Origin: Octopus bimaculoides | Taxonomy: Eukaryota | Assembly: GCF_001194135.2 (NCBI RefSeq) | Contig: NC_069001.1 | Coordinates: forward strand, 32,504,802-32,568,801 | Direction of reading: 5' to 3' | Length of the DNA: 64,000 nt | Shown here: one piece after another, positions 1-12,865 of the stretch | Layout: the number at the start of each line of letters is the position of its first letter | Numbering within the stretch: the first letter of the stretch is position 1 | Translations under genes and position numbers: made by a program | Notes under the pieces: model-generated | Database searches by the model: none | Seen by the model: only the letters and a program-made list of their open reading frames with translations | Told to the model about the DNA's origin: nothing

Positions 1-36
<36 letters not shown>

Positions 37-115
37 GTTTTCTTTCACTCTCAAACAGACATATATAAATATACACACTCCACACACACACATATATATA
101 CAGATACATATATAA

Positions 116-146
<31 letters not shown>

Positions 147-189
147 TACATATACATACATACAAATATATATATAAATATAGGTCAAA

Positions 190-690
190 GTAGCAAGGAA
201 AGGCAAACAATTAGTTAAGGCAGAACAAGGACATTAGATTTCATTGAATTCAATCTAAAAAAATTTGCTACATAGCGAATGGTAAAAGTAGTACAAACTG
301 GTAAAGATAATCTCGACAGTTGTTTCTGGGATATCCCAGCTATTGGAGCATTGTATAAGTTGGATATTCCATCATCGGAGAAATATAGTGGAAAGAATTA
401 TTGGTACAAATAGCATCCATAATAGTGATAATGCTGGGAGCAGGCCAAAGAACACTACCCTAAAACCTAGCATGCCCTCTAATCGTAAAGCATCCAATCC
501 ATATACAGCAAGCTCCTATGGACCAGATAGATCTAGTTGCAACTGCAAATCTAGGAATGAATGCCTACTGCAAACCCATTGCAGAAGGTTTAACGTTGTC
601 TACAAATGCATGGTTCATAACACACTTCACAATTCTACTAGGTACTATATTGGATCTACAATTACTTCCAAGCATTGGCAAGTAAAGAAC
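190..690 (+). mobile_element. Decayed Penelope-like element, GIY-YIG endonuclease region
   Basis: ORF 343-726 contains CNC-x5-C-x5-C-x4-VVYKCMV-x9-YYIGST (538-660), matching the CNC..CPL.G.C....VY.A.V....YIG.T pattern of PLE GIY-YIG domains. The upstream frame is broken by stops. Confidence 0.65.
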
Positions 691-1161
691 ATCTTAGGAA
701 CATTGGGCCTGATAGAGGCAAAGTAGCTGAGTTCCTTTTGAGCATTGAGCCTCACAGAGGCAAAGTGGTTGAGTTCCTTTTGAGTGTTGGGCCTCACAGA
801 GGCAATGACCAAGACCTTTGGTATTATGCCATGCTTGAGAAGACCCATCAAGCTGAGCAAAATTGCAGTCGTGGCAGATACTGGTGTCATGCAAATTGGC
901 ACCCATGTTGGTGGCATGTAAATCCCCATGGTGTCATGTAAATGGCACCTGTGCCAATGGCATGTAAAAGCACCCATTACACTCTCAGAGTGGCTGGCAT
1001 TAGGAAGGGCATCCAGCCATAGAAAACCATGCCAAATCAGACTGGAGTCTGGTACAGCCTTCCAGAGTGCCAGTCCAGTCAAACCATCCAACCCATGCCA
1101 GCATGGACAATGGACATTAAATGATGATGCTGCTGCTGATATTTGGCCCATTTAAATTCAT

Positions 1162-1213
1162 TTAAGTATGAAGAGTGCAGCAAGTATACTTCTCTAACTG
1201 ACCATGTGCATTA
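1162..1213 (-). CDS. Candidate terminal coding exon (F-NAHGQLEKYTCCTLHT-stop)
   Basis: Strong acceptor tttttttttttccttaaag|T, phase 2, fits the 1307-1418 candidate across a 93-nt intron; TAA at 1162-1164. Short and could be chance. Confidence 0.22.
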
Positions 1214-1306
1214 CTTTAAGGAAAAAAAAAAATCCTTACAATTTGTTCTGATCCATAATTGATTCCCATACCATGGCCAGCGCACTACTTGCGGGCTATG
1301 CCTTAC

Positions 1307-1418
1307 AAATCATTACATATATTGTTACATAACCTTACACTGTTACTTGATAAGCAGCACGAAGCATTCTTCACTTGTACACACAAATTCTTTAAGTCCT
1401 TTAAATTTTTCCATAGGT
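1307..1418 (-). CDS. Candidate next coding exon of the minus-strand gene, Cys-rich (DLWKNLKDLKNLCVQVKNASCCLSSNSVRLCNNICND)
   Basis: Acceptor ggttttttacacttag|AC and donor GATTT|gtaagg; 112 nt, open in phase 1->2, so it fits after the EB exon. One plus-strand frame is also open here, so the strand rests on the splice signals only. Confidence 0.35.
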
Positions 1419-2225
1419 CTAAGTGTAAAAAACCCCAACACATTTGATTATCCTTAACATCTAACAGACATTTTCCCTATCCAAACCTTCCACATACATA
1501 ACCATTTCTACCATTATTAAATGAAAAGCATTAAACATTCTCTTGGTATAAGCCCATAGTTGTTCCTCATTAGTGCTATGGATACTAAATATAAAATTTT
1601 AATTTTTAATTTTAATCTAAATTTGATTTTAATTTTAAGCTTATACATACAATGGGTTTCTCTCAGTTTTCATCTATGAAATTCACTTGAAAGGTTTTGG
1701 TTAGCCAGGGACCAGATCAATATATAGAAAATCCTTCCCCAAAGTCTCGTGCAATGGGACTGAAGCTGGAACCATGTGAATGGGAAGCAAACTTTTTACC
1801 ACATATCCACACACACACACACACACACATGGATGGATGGATAGACAGAAGGAGAGAGAAAGAGAGAGAGGGAGAGGGGAGTACTCAGCCAGTATCTGAG
1901 AGGTGTGGGATTGAGTCCCATGGCTGTTTGCTGACCACTTTTTCCATCTTATAAAGGTAAAACACGCAACCTTCCTGCTGTTTTCACAGCTATACTGCAT
2001 TCGAAATATTAAATGTTTCTTGTCTGTATGATACACATTTGACACTTCCAAAAACAAAAAAACAAAACCAGTTTGTTTACATATGTTGTTGCACACACAC
2101 ACATATATATATATGTGTGTGTGTGTGTGAGTGTATATGCATACATGTATACATGAATGTATGTCATCGTCATCATCATTATCATCACAATCATCATCAT
2201 TACACATCTGTTTTCCATACTGCAA

Positions 2226-2265
<40 letters not shown>

Positions 2266-2660
2266 AAAAGAGACAGGAAAAGGCAAAAGGAGAGATTGAG
2301 AGAGATAGAGAGAAAGGGAGAAATACAGAGAAAGTATGTAAATGAACTGTTTTCTACTTATTCATGCTACTTAATGTATGACTCAAAAAGTTCTATCTAC
2401 TAAAAGCTATATTAGTACAAACTGACCGGCCTTCCAGCTGTCACTATCGCATTGCAAGAATTCTCGTTTTGTGCTAATTTATGCTACATGACCTAACTGG
2501 CAGAATGTTACTGTATATACAGCTGCACAGTATGGTAAAGTGCAATATAGTATAGTACAGAGAACAGTATAGTATAGGATAACAAGATAGTACTGTGGTG
2601 GTGGTGGTGGGGGGGAGCAGAATAGTATTGTAGAGCATTATATAATATAGCAGAAGGTGG

Positions 2661-3236
2661 TGGTGAGCTGGCAGAAATGCTAGCACGCTGGGCGAAATGC
2701 TGAGCGGTATTTTGTCTGCCGTTACGTTCTGAGTTCAAATTCTGCTGAGGTCGACTTTGCCTTTCATCCTTTCGGGGTCGATGTAATCGACTTAATCTGT
2801 TTGTCTGTCCTTGTTTGTCTGTCCTTGTTTGTCTCCTCTGTGTGTAGCCCTTTGTGGGCAGTAAAGAAATAAGAAATGTTAGCACGCTGGGCGAAATGCT
2901 TAGCGGTATTCCGTCTGTCTTTACATTTTGAGTTCAAATTCAGCTGAGGTCGACTTTACCTTTCATCCTTTTGGGGTCAATAAATTAAGTATCAGTTGCA
3001 TACCAGGGTCGATCTAATCGACTGGCCCCCTCCCCAAAAATTCAAGCCTACTATCCTAGGCACAAAGCCCAAAATTTTTGCGGATGGGGCCAGTCGATTA
3101 GATCGACCCCAGTACGCAACTGGTACTTAATCTATTGACCCTGGAAGGATGCAAGGTAGAATTGACCTCAGCAGAATTTGAACTCAGAACGTAAAGACAG
3201 ACAAAATACCACTAAGCATTTCACCCAGCTTGCTAT
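2661..3236. mobile_element. Three family-A SINE copies (two plus, one minus)
   Basis: Plus copies ~2661-2872 and 2873-3042; minus copy ~3072-3235. Confidence 0.85.
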
Positions 3237-3333
3237 CTTGCCTCCACCCATAATAGGACAAAGAAAAATATATCTGGAAACAAAACGACAAAGCCTTTGT
3301 TAGAGAAACTGTAGAAGGTTGTTGTTAACGTAC

Positions 3334-3456
3334 CGTTTCTGCAATCTCTTTTGTTGTCATGCAAAACTGAGTTGTTGTTAAGGCAGCTACAGGAGTTATT
3401 ATTGCACGAAGCTTTCCAACCACATGGAACGGTATCATTGCATTCGTTTGAATAAC
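3334..3456 (-). CDS. Internal coding exon encoding a six-cysteine EB/EGF-like module (GYSNECNDTVPCGWKASCNNNSCSCLNNNSVLHDNKRDCRN)
   Basis: Acceptor ttttcctttctgtttcttttag|GT and donor AACG|gtacgt. 123 nt, symmetric phase 1-1 as is typical of shuffled extracellular modules. Cys spacing C-x5-C-x5-C-x4-C-x-C-x13-C resembles EB/EGF-like domains. Phase-compatible with the signal-peptide exon. Confidence 0.78.
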
Positions 3457-3734
3457 CTAAAAGAAACAGAAAGGAAAACAATAATAAACAAATCTGTTTT
3501 TTAATTTACCCATCACTAATTGAAAAGAATGACAATTCAGTGAAATTATGACAATAATAAATCAATCAATCCATAATTTTATTTATTTATTTTACACATT
3601 TATGATGGAAGCAATAGCTGGAAATTAAAGTCTTCTGTCATTTTGTTGTGTATTTGCAATATGGTTGTTTAAATATAAACAATGAAGAGTGATTAACCCA
3701 TTAATTGGTAAATTAAATTTCATGGTTATTTCAG

Positions 3735-3863
3735 TAATGACATTGAATATCTACCAAAAGATGGAATTTGTATTTTCTGCAAGTCATATTGCCTCAATGA
3801 ACTCGACATTAGCTCAACAAAAAATAGTTTCAAACACGACATTCCTCAACAAAAGATAGACTG
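3735..3863 (+). CDS. Candidate internal coding exon of an unidentified plus-strand gene (NDIEYLPKDGICIFCKSYCLNELDISSTKNSFKHDIPQQKID)
   Basis: Acceptor ggttatttcag|T and donor ACTG|gtatgt; 129 nt, fully open, symmetric phase 2-2; unique sequence retaining CpGs. No family recognised. Confidence 0.5.
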
Positions 3864-4229
3864 GTATGTAAAACTACCTTCTGCAGTTAAGGGTAATGAA
3901 ATTTGAGTGGATATATCTGATTTCTGCAGTAAAAGGTTAAAAACCAGTGCAATGGTTGAATAAAGAAAAAGAAAAGCATTTGTTTCATTTTCTTTTTGTC
4001 ATAATTCCATCTTTAACAGGTCTTAACCACAAACTAAAAATTTTAATAAATGAAAATACAAAGTGTAGACATTGCTCTATCTAGGGAGGGTCATTAAACC
4101 AATAATAATAAACACACACACTGGTTCAATTTCACTTCTTTATTGTTCATCAATTGGTTAGTTATCTATCCAACTAACTAATTGTTTGTTTAATTTGTTG
4201 TTAAACAATCAATCATTTGTTTGTCAAAG

Positions 4230-4333
4230 TCCTTCCATCGCTATTCATGATCTTATCAATGACATGCACTCTCTTCTACAGGTCTGTTTTGAGTTTCAAA
4301 ACAAAGCAGGAGCAGATATTTACTTATGCTTAA
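4230..4333 (+). CDS. Candidate next plus-strand exon, two readings: internal 4230-4281 (C-PSIAIHDLINDMHSLLQ, phase 2->0) or terminal 4282-4333 (W-SVLSFKTKQEQIFTYA-stop)
   Basis: Both acceptors (tttgtttgtcaaag|T at 4229; ctctcttctacag|G at 4281) complete the phase-2 codon left by exon 3735-3863. The terminal reading has AATAAA at 4383-4388. Confidence 0.35.
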
Positions 4334-4401
4334 CATTTCGTATTAAAATTTTACATTAGTGCTTAACAACATGGAATTGTTTAATAAATTTATTGTTCTC
4401 T

Positions 4402-4632
4402 TTAACCTGTTAGCATTTAAACCAGCCATATCTGGTCCAAATAGTTGACCTTTTTTTTATGTTCAAATAGGCCAGATGTGGTTTCTCATATCAACCCTAC
4501 AATATCATTCTAAAAAATTAACATTTATATCATCAAAATCTCAGAACAGCAAGGTAATGCATGATTAATTCAAAACAATGTGAATAAATAAGCATTACAT
4601 TTAACAGAATAATCAGAATGCTAAAGGGTTAA
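4402..4632. mobile_element. piggyBac-like MITE copy
   Basis: TTAA ends, right TIR AATGCTAAAGGG-TTAA, internal sequence shared with 36546-36771. Confidence 0.8.
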
Positions 4633-6831
4633 TCCTTTCATGACCAGATTTCATCATCATCATCATTGTTTAAAATCCTCCTTCCATGCTGGTATGGGTT
4701 GGACGGTTTGACATGAGCTGGCCAAGCAGGAACCTGCATCATGCTTCTGTGTCTGTTTTGGCCAGCTTTTTATGGTTGGATGCCCCTTCCTAACACCAGC
4801 CACCTTGCAGAGTGGGCTGAGTACTTTTTACATGGCACTCACAAAGGTGAGGTTAGTTTTGTCATGGTTTTTACAGCTGGATGCCCTTCCAAATGCCAAC
4901 CACTTTACAGTGTGGACTTAGTGCTCTTTAAGTGGCACCTGCACTGGCAGGGTCTGACTGTTCAAAGATGACTTTAGAATTTCTTGTTTGTGTCATTATC
5001 CCAGTACCTGGTTACTCTTATATAATACCCAGTGAAATTGAATAAACTAAAATATCAGATAAAGTTTTATGTTATCATCAGAGCAAGGTGGTCCTGACAT
5101 GTTTATGCTTGATCGGTTGACAGTCGATATAGGAGCCTCTGTGCAGTCAAGATACACCGTCAGGTTCATGTCATTATCAGAATGATAGAGTGATGTAGCA
5201 TGTTTATTCTTGGTTGAGCACAAGTCAATATAGAAGCCTCTGTGTAGTCTCTCAATCTACTAGAAATAGCAACCAAATATCACCCATGTCATACTCTACT
5301 GTCTTAAAAAATGAAATAAACATGGAATATTGTAGTCCTAGATATACTATCCCTGGAAAGAAAAACAAAACAAAACAGGGTGTTTATAACTTGAATGCAA
5401 AATCAATCAAGATGTGCTGGATTAGAGTGACCTTTGAATAACACCTCGATCAGACCATCCAAACATGGCTTGGATGTTAAAGATTAAATAAATGGAGCAT
5501 GAACACAGGAAATATAAGACATTTTCTTATGTTTCTATTGTGTATTTGATTACCAACATTATTTATGTGCTTGGCTGGTGATTGCAGTGTTTAACTTAAC
5601 CAACAATAAAATAATATTCCTGACATATGGAATGACTAAGACTAAACTAAGCACAGCAGGTGTAGACAGTCACAGAAATTTAGTACAGCTGTGTACCCAG
5701 TTAGTAAATATCTACTGCAGGGTACTCAGGGTACAACTAAACATTGTGATTTACTTAATGATCAACTAAGCACTCAAAGTGTACAGTGATTAACAAAACA
5801 CTTGTAATGCACCCAGATTGTGGCTAAGTACTGTACAAAGTGCACCAGTATAGTCAGTGATTAACAAGGCACCTGTAGTGTCCCTAGTGAGCAACAAAGC
5901 ACTGTGGTGCACCTAGTTTGCAGCTCAGTGCTGCATAGTACCCAGTAAGCAAAATGAGCGCAGGAGAATACCTGGCAAGTGAACAATAACAGCAGTGTAC
6001 ACTGCAGTGCAGCTTTTGTGATTATTGCAACCAAGTAGTGCTGTATAGCTGAGACAATGCATGCAATGTTTACAGCAGTTGCATTCACTGCAACTACCTG
6101 TCAGCAATTGAACAACTCAGTCAGTGATCTGAGAAATAAAAATATTAAAAAAAAAAAAAATTGTAGTGCAGATGCACGTAGTGGAGGAATGGTTAGCGTG
6201 CTGTGTGACTTTTGAGGCAGCATGAGTGGTGAGTTTGTTCAAGTTCTCATTGAAATGCTGCCGCAAAATGTATATTCAGTGCTAATGCTAAATGGTGGAA
6301 ATACCATTACCTTACATTTTATATCTTCTATGTTACTGTAAAAAAAAAAAAAAAAAAAAAAAAAATCAAAGAGGAAATATGAATCTGTATCAGGAAGAAG
6401 GTTCCAAGACAGGGACATTCAAACACACTCAAATTCACACACACATACACACCACACAAGTTTCTTTTAGTTTCCATCAACCAAATCCATTGATGAAGCT
6501 TTGGTTCACCAGGGCCTAAAGTAGAAGACAACTGTCCAAAGTGCTGTGCAATGGGACTGAACCCAAAACCACGTGGTTGGGAAGCAAACTTCTTAACTAC
6601 ACAACAACATCAAATATTTTTTTTAAAAAGAAAATATATAAACAAAATATATTCCAGCATTCATTGAAAATGTCAGAAGGTTGAAAAAAATCTCAGATGG
6701 TTTTTGCAGTGTTTATCATGTGTTTCTGTGTGACACAAAGCTCTACCCTACATTTTCATTCATTTTCTTGCCAACACATACAATCTTTCTGTTCTTGTTT
6801 TTGACCTTCTGCCCTATGGAATTTTCAACAG

Positions 6832-6862
6832 ACGACACATGCATGTACAAGCACATTAAAAC
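6832..6862 (+). CDS. Candidate 31-nt plus-strand exon (TTHACTSTLK, phase 0->1)
   Basis: Long pyrimidine tract ending ttttcaacag|AC; donor AAC|gtatga. Too short to judge by composition. Confidence 0.22.
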
Positions 6863-7814
6863 GTATGATTTATAAATGCATTAGCTGTTTTCATGAAGAC
6901 CACCCATTATAAAGTTTATACGCTAAACAATCAATGAAAGCAAAGAAAAGAACTAAAAATAATTAAAACAAAAACAAGCCAGTCAAAGCAATTCTGAAGC
7001 AATATCAATTTACAGTTTTTCTACTAAAACAGGGAAATAACAGCATAAATAATTTAGAAATGTTGCTACTAACTGGGTTGCTAAGATGCTGGTCTGCTTC
7101 ACTGAAGAGCCAGTAGGCTTTGCATCCTGTTACTGATGTGTCTCTTGCAAAGACAGTTAAAAACTAAATGCCTCACTCAATCTCACTGCAAACTGGTTCC
7201 ATGAGAAGAGAGGCTTCACTCGTTACGGCAAACAACAATGGTAGGTATTAGCTCATAGACAAAGCCTTTAATTAAAACTTGTAGTGTTTAGCTCAAATCA
7301 CTGAAGAGACACAGGCACAGGTGTGTGGTAAGATGTTTGCTTCACAACCACATGGTTCTGGGTTCAGTCCCACTGCACAGCAACTTGGACAAGTGTTTTC
7401 CACTATAATCCTGCACTGACCAAAATCTTGTGAGTGGATTTGGAGGATGGAAACTAAAAGAAGCCTGTCATGTGTGTATGTGTGTGTGTATATATATATA
7501 TATATGAGTGTGTGTCTTTGAGTTTGTTTCCCACAACTGCCTGACAACCAGTGTTTGTTTGTTTGTCCTTTATAACTTAGTAGTTCAGCAAAAGTATGAT
7601 ATAAGCTACCTGGTGATGGTTAAAATAGATTTTCATTTAGTGGATGGCAAAATCTGGTGAGGCTGTGTGATAAGACGTTTGCTTCCCACCCACATAGTCT
7701 CTGGTTCAATTCCACTGTATGATACTTTGGGCAAGTATCTTCTTCTATAGCGCTGGGTCAACCAAAGCCTTGTGAATGGATTTGGTAGACAGAAACTGAA
7801 AGAAGCACATTCTA

Positions 7815-7847
<33 letters not shown>

Positions 7848-8530
7848 GTTTGTTATAATAAAAATGATTTTACATTAATCTGAGGAGTTACTCAATAATT
7901 TTGCAGAATACAAATTTATTATTCTTAAACATGAATATTGTTGACAGTGACTTCAATGATGGCTTAACTGGCCAAAACTTTGAAGTCACTATCAATTATA
8001 TTTTTGTTTAAGAATAATAAATATATATCCTCTGACACAAGTTCCCCTCCTCAAATGCACCTGCCCTTCTCATAATTCCTTGTCTTGTGAGTTACTTGGT
8101 GACCCTGCCAGTGCTGGTGCCACGTAAAAAGCATCCAGTCCATACTGTAAAGTGGTTGGCATTTTGTGGTGTGTGCGTACAAGGGTATCCAACTGTAAAA
8201 ATCATGCCAAAACTAACCTCGCCTGTGCTAGTGCCACATAAAAGGCACTGAGTCCACCCCGCAGAGTGGCTGGTGGTAGGAAGAGCATCCAGCCATAAAA
8301 ACCCTGCCAAAAGAGACAGAGCAGCATAGGGTAGTTTTTTTTTACCTGACCAGCTCCTCTGAACTGCCCTACTCATGCATGCATGAAAAATGGACATTAA
8401 ACGATGATGATGATGATATGTATATACCTATATATATATAAATGTTTATGTAAGCGTGTGTGTTACTGTCTCTTCACTTTGACTACATGTGACAGTTGTT
8501 AACAAATGCCAGGGATTTAGTTATAAAATA

Positions 8531-8722
8531 TTACATCAGATTAATCCTTCCTTGAATCAACGAAATAGCTTTCTTTTGATATTCATCCAATGATCCCCAC
8601 AAACGTTTGCATGGGTCATGGAAATGGCATAATGGGAGTCCACTCCAGTGTAGCTTTTCTAAACAACAGATAATTTCTCCCCTGCCACAAAGCCAATAGG
8701 ACCAGTTACCCTCAGTTGGATA
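8531..8722 (-). mobile_element. Decayed CR1/L2-type LINE reverse-transcriptase C-terminal fragment
   Basis: Stop-free frame without ATG reads ...CCLEKLHWSGLPLCH...SLDEYQKKAISLIQG, resembling the LEY.S..W.G.P....LD..Q..AIRLI.G motif after the RT thumb of CR1/L2-group LINEs. Confidence 0.45.
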
Positions 8723-9857
8723 TTACTGTATAATTAGGAAAAGGTCAGAAAATCGATTAAGCTTATTGCACATGTATATGATAAATTAAATATTTAAAAT
8801 ATGAGGCGATATGTGAGTTTTACCAGCTGTCAAGTCGAAGTTATGACTACATGCATACATGTGTGCACGTGTGTGAGTTTGCATGTGTGTGTGTTTGCAT
8901 GTATGTATGTGTATATATGTATGTACATATATGTGTATATTTATCTATCTATCTATCTATCTATCTATATATGTATGTATATATATATATATATATNNNN
9001 NNNNNNNNNNNNNNNNNNNNNNNNNNNNNNNNNNNNNNNNNNNNNNNNNNNNNNNNNNNNNNNNNNNNNNNNNNNNNNNNNNNNNNNNNNNNNNNNNNNN
9101 NNNNNNNNNNNNNNNNNNNNNNNNNNNNNNNNNNNNNNNNNNNNNNNNNNNNNNNNNNNNNNNNNNNNNNNNNNNNNNNNNNNNNNNNNNNNNNNNNNNN
9201 NNNNNNNNNNNNNNNNNNNNNNNNNNNNNNNNNNNNNNNNNNNNNNNNNNNNNNNNNNNNNNNNNNNNNNNNNNNNNNNNNNNNNNNNNNNNNNNNNNNN
9301 NNNNNNNNNNNNNNNNNNNNNNNNNNNNNNNNNNNNNNNNNNNNNNNNNNNNNNNAACAAAAAAAAAAAGTACAATACAAAGTTACAAGGAAAGAAGATC
9401 TGAAAATAAATTGCAACAAATCAAGAAAAAAGGGGAAATAAAAAAATAAAAATAAAAACAAACAAATCAATTTACAAAATAAATAAATAAAATAAACAAA
9501 TAAATTTAAAAATACAAAAAAAACAAACAAACAAAACCAAAACGAAAAATCAGAAAGAAAAATGGATCAGTTAATAGTCTCTTAGATATATAAATGCATG
9601 AGCAGAGAAGAGAATGTTTGTATGTATAAATGTACATGTGTGAAATATCCAGAGAATTTAATCACACACACACACACACACACATCTATTTATTAATATG
9701 GTTTTATTAATGTGCCTGGGATGCTATCTCTCTCCATATCTACGCACAGCGTTTTTAGTATTTCTACATATTTGTCTGTAAGAATTGGCAAGCACGAACC
9801 ATAACTGAATTTGGATAATGAGGCAATTGAATAATGGGAAGTTTCATGTGAATGCAA

Positions 9858-9896
<39 letters not shown>

Positions 9897-10039
9897 ACAT
9901 GCGCGCACATATGCACACAAATTTTATAAAGGTCAGCTTGCACTAGTTACTAATAAAAGAGGCACATTTACTTAACAATGTATAAATTTATTAACGTTCT
10001 GACTCCTCAGTTGATTGATGTTTTCTAATCTTCTCCCAG

Positions 10040-10093
10040 AAACCATTCCAGCTTTTACTCAGTTACTGCTAACAGCAATAGATACCGGAGGAG
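10040..10093 (+). CDS. Candidate 54-nt plus-strand exon (x-TIPAFTQLLLTAIDTGG, phase 1-1)
   Basis: Acceptor ttttctaatcttctcccag|AA with an upstream ctaat branch-like motif; donor GGAG|gtactt; open frame. Confidence 0.3.
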
Positions 10094-10300
10094 GTACTTA
10101 GACAATTAATGTCTGAAAATATAACAACACAACTTAGGAAATCTTAGATCATCTCAGAGCAAAACTACAAAAAAGAATTCTTGAATCCTTTAGCATTTAA
10201 ACCGGCCATGTCTAGCACAAATGTTCTACCTTTTTTGGCACTCAGTTGGTTATGACAATGAGTGTTCCAGTCGATCTGATCAGCAGAACAGCCTACTCAT

Positions 10301-10518
10301 GGCGGCGAGCTGGCAGAAACGTTAGCACGCCGGGCGAAATGCTTAGAGGTATTTCGTCTGCTGTTACGTTCTGAGTTTAAATTCTGCCGAGGTTGACTTT
10401 GCCTTTCATCCTTTCGGGGTCGATAAATTAAGCACCAGTTACGCACTGGGGTCGATATAATCGACTTCATCCGTTTGTCCCCTTTATGTTTAGCCCCTTG
10501 TAGGCAATGAAGAAATAA
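10301..10518 (+). mobile_element. SINE family 'A' (GAGCTGGCAGAA..GTCGACTTTGCCTTTCATCC) copy with TSD, nested in an older SINE
   Basis: TSD GAACAGCCT(A/G)CTCAT at 10286-10300 and 10519-10533; the host SINE sequence continues on both sides. Confidence 0.85.
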
Positions 10519-12865
10519 GAACAGCCTGCTCATGAAATTAAATTCCAGATGGCTGAGCACCCCACAGACACATGTACTCTTAACATAGTGCTCAGAGAGA
10601 TGTCATAGTTTCGACCAGACTATTGGCTGTTGTTATACATAGCTGGTCACAATTGTTTTAGCTTCCAAATGATGCCACCTGCTGGCTAGGTGAGCAGGCC
10701 AACAATCTCCCAGATCAGAAAGCTAGTCTGTCACAAAGTTATCCATTTACAGATGAGTGGACTGGAACAAGATGAAATGAAGTGTTTTACTCAACAATAT
10801 TACATGCCACCCAGTCTGGGAATTGAACCCACGATCTAGCAATCATAAGTGTAACACACTAACCAATAGGCCATGTGCCTTCACACACACACATACAAAC
10901 ATATATATGTAGATATTTGCTTATACTTACACAAGTAGCCCAACACACACACACATGCACGTGGACACACACACACACACACTGTCTATTAAAATTAGGC
11001 AGAAATCCCTGTAGATAAGAGACAAATTTATTTTACTTGTCAGATTGGAAATAGAAACAGAGCTGACTTTCAAGGCCATTTATAGATTTGGAAAAGGAGA
11101 AGGGTTACAATGGTGATGGCAAACACCCCCACCCCCCACCTCTGCTCCACTCTCCACAGCCACCAAGTAAATCCAATAACTCCACCCAGCCCCTACAACT
11201 GGCAGTGATTCCAACACACCCAAACCCCACCATTCATACCCCCAATATAGCAAAAAAAAAAAAAAAAAAAANNNNNNNNNNNNNNNNNNNNNNNNNNNNN
11301 NNNNNNNNNNNNNNNNNNNNNNNNNNNNNNNNNNNNNNNNNNNNNNNNNNNNNNNNNNNNNNNNNNNNNNNNNNNNNNNNNNNNNNNNNNNNNNNNNNNN
11401 NNNNNNNNNNNNNNNNNNNNNNNNNNNNNNNNNNNNNNNNNNNNNNNNNNNNNNNNNNNNNNNNNNNNNNNNNNNNNNNNNNNNNNNNNNNNNNNNNNNN
11501 NNNNNNNNNNNNNNNNNNNNNNNNNNNNNNNNNNNNNNNNNNNNNNNNNNNNNNNNNNNNNNNNNNNNNNNNNNNNNNNNNNNNNNNNNNNNNNNNNNNN
11601 NNNNNNNNNNNNNNNNNNNNNNNNNNNNNNNNNNNNNNNNNNNNNNNNNNNNNNNNNNNNNNNNNNNNNNNNNNNNNNNNNNNNNNNNNNNNNNNNNNNN
11701 NNNNNNNNNNNNNNNNNNNNNNNNNNNNNNNNNNNNNNNNNNNNNNNNNNNNNNNNNNNNNNNNNNNNNNNNNNNNNNNNNNNNNNNNNNNNNNNNNNNN
11801 NNNNNNNNNNNNNNNNNNNNNNNNNNNNNNNNNNNNNNNNNNNNNNNNNNNNNNNNNNNNNNNNNNNNNNNNNNNNNNNNNNNNNNATATATATATATAT
11901 TTATACACTTATGTATACACACACACACAAGTATTTTTATGTACATGCATGTATATTTTCTAAATATATTTTCTATATATTATATAGATATATACACATA
12001 CATATTATATATACAAATTATATATATGTTCTATATGTGACTATGTATGCATATATTTCTATATGTATGTGTATATAAATCCATATGTGTGTGTGTGTGC
12101 CTCTATCTATCTATCTATATATATATATGCACACATATATAAATATGTATACACATAACACATATGCACATTACGCAAGCGTTATGTGTATGTGTGGGCA
12201 TGCATACAATATGTGTAAGAGAAAGACTTATAATTTGATTAAAATATGCACCTACAAGTAAGCTCTAAAATACCCAAAGAGTAATTTGAAACAAGGATTT
12301 AAAAAAAAAAAAGTTCTTTTCTTCATTCTTTCTTCCTTTTTTTTGTTACTTCAAAGTTTATTTTTATTCATTTTCTTGGCTGATGGACAATTAACACAGT
12401 ATTTTTAGAAAAATTCCTCTATCTAACAAGTCAAATAATTCATCTTTTAATGTGTGGTATATATATGGGTCCATATAGATATATATGGAAACCAAAATGA
12501 AAAGAAAAAAAAAAGAGTACATGGCCAAATAATTGTATTTAATTTTGGTACAATGCCAGCAACTGGGAAGAGAGGAGGCAAATTGTTTACCCCCAAACCT
12601 TTTACTTAATTGGTCCTTCATTGACCCTGAAAAGCAAAGTTGATCTCGGCAGGACTTGAGCTCAGAACGTAATGAGTCAGAAGAACTGCTTCTAAGTGTT
12701 TTGTCTGATGCACTACCTATTCTGCCAGTTTGCTGCCTTAAGTTTTAGCATTTAACCCATTGGTATTCAAGCCGGCCATATCAGGCCTCTCACACCTACC
12801 GTACAATACCATTCTAAAAATAAACAATCACATCATTGAAATTTGAAAGCTACAAGATAATACAT

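Noticed and set aside
2427-2510. Minus-strand 84-nt phase 1-1 exon candidate (TFCQLGHVA*ISTKREFLQCDSDSWKA)
   Set aside because: In-frame TAA and a weak acceptor; rescuing it by editing would need two edits with no evidence.
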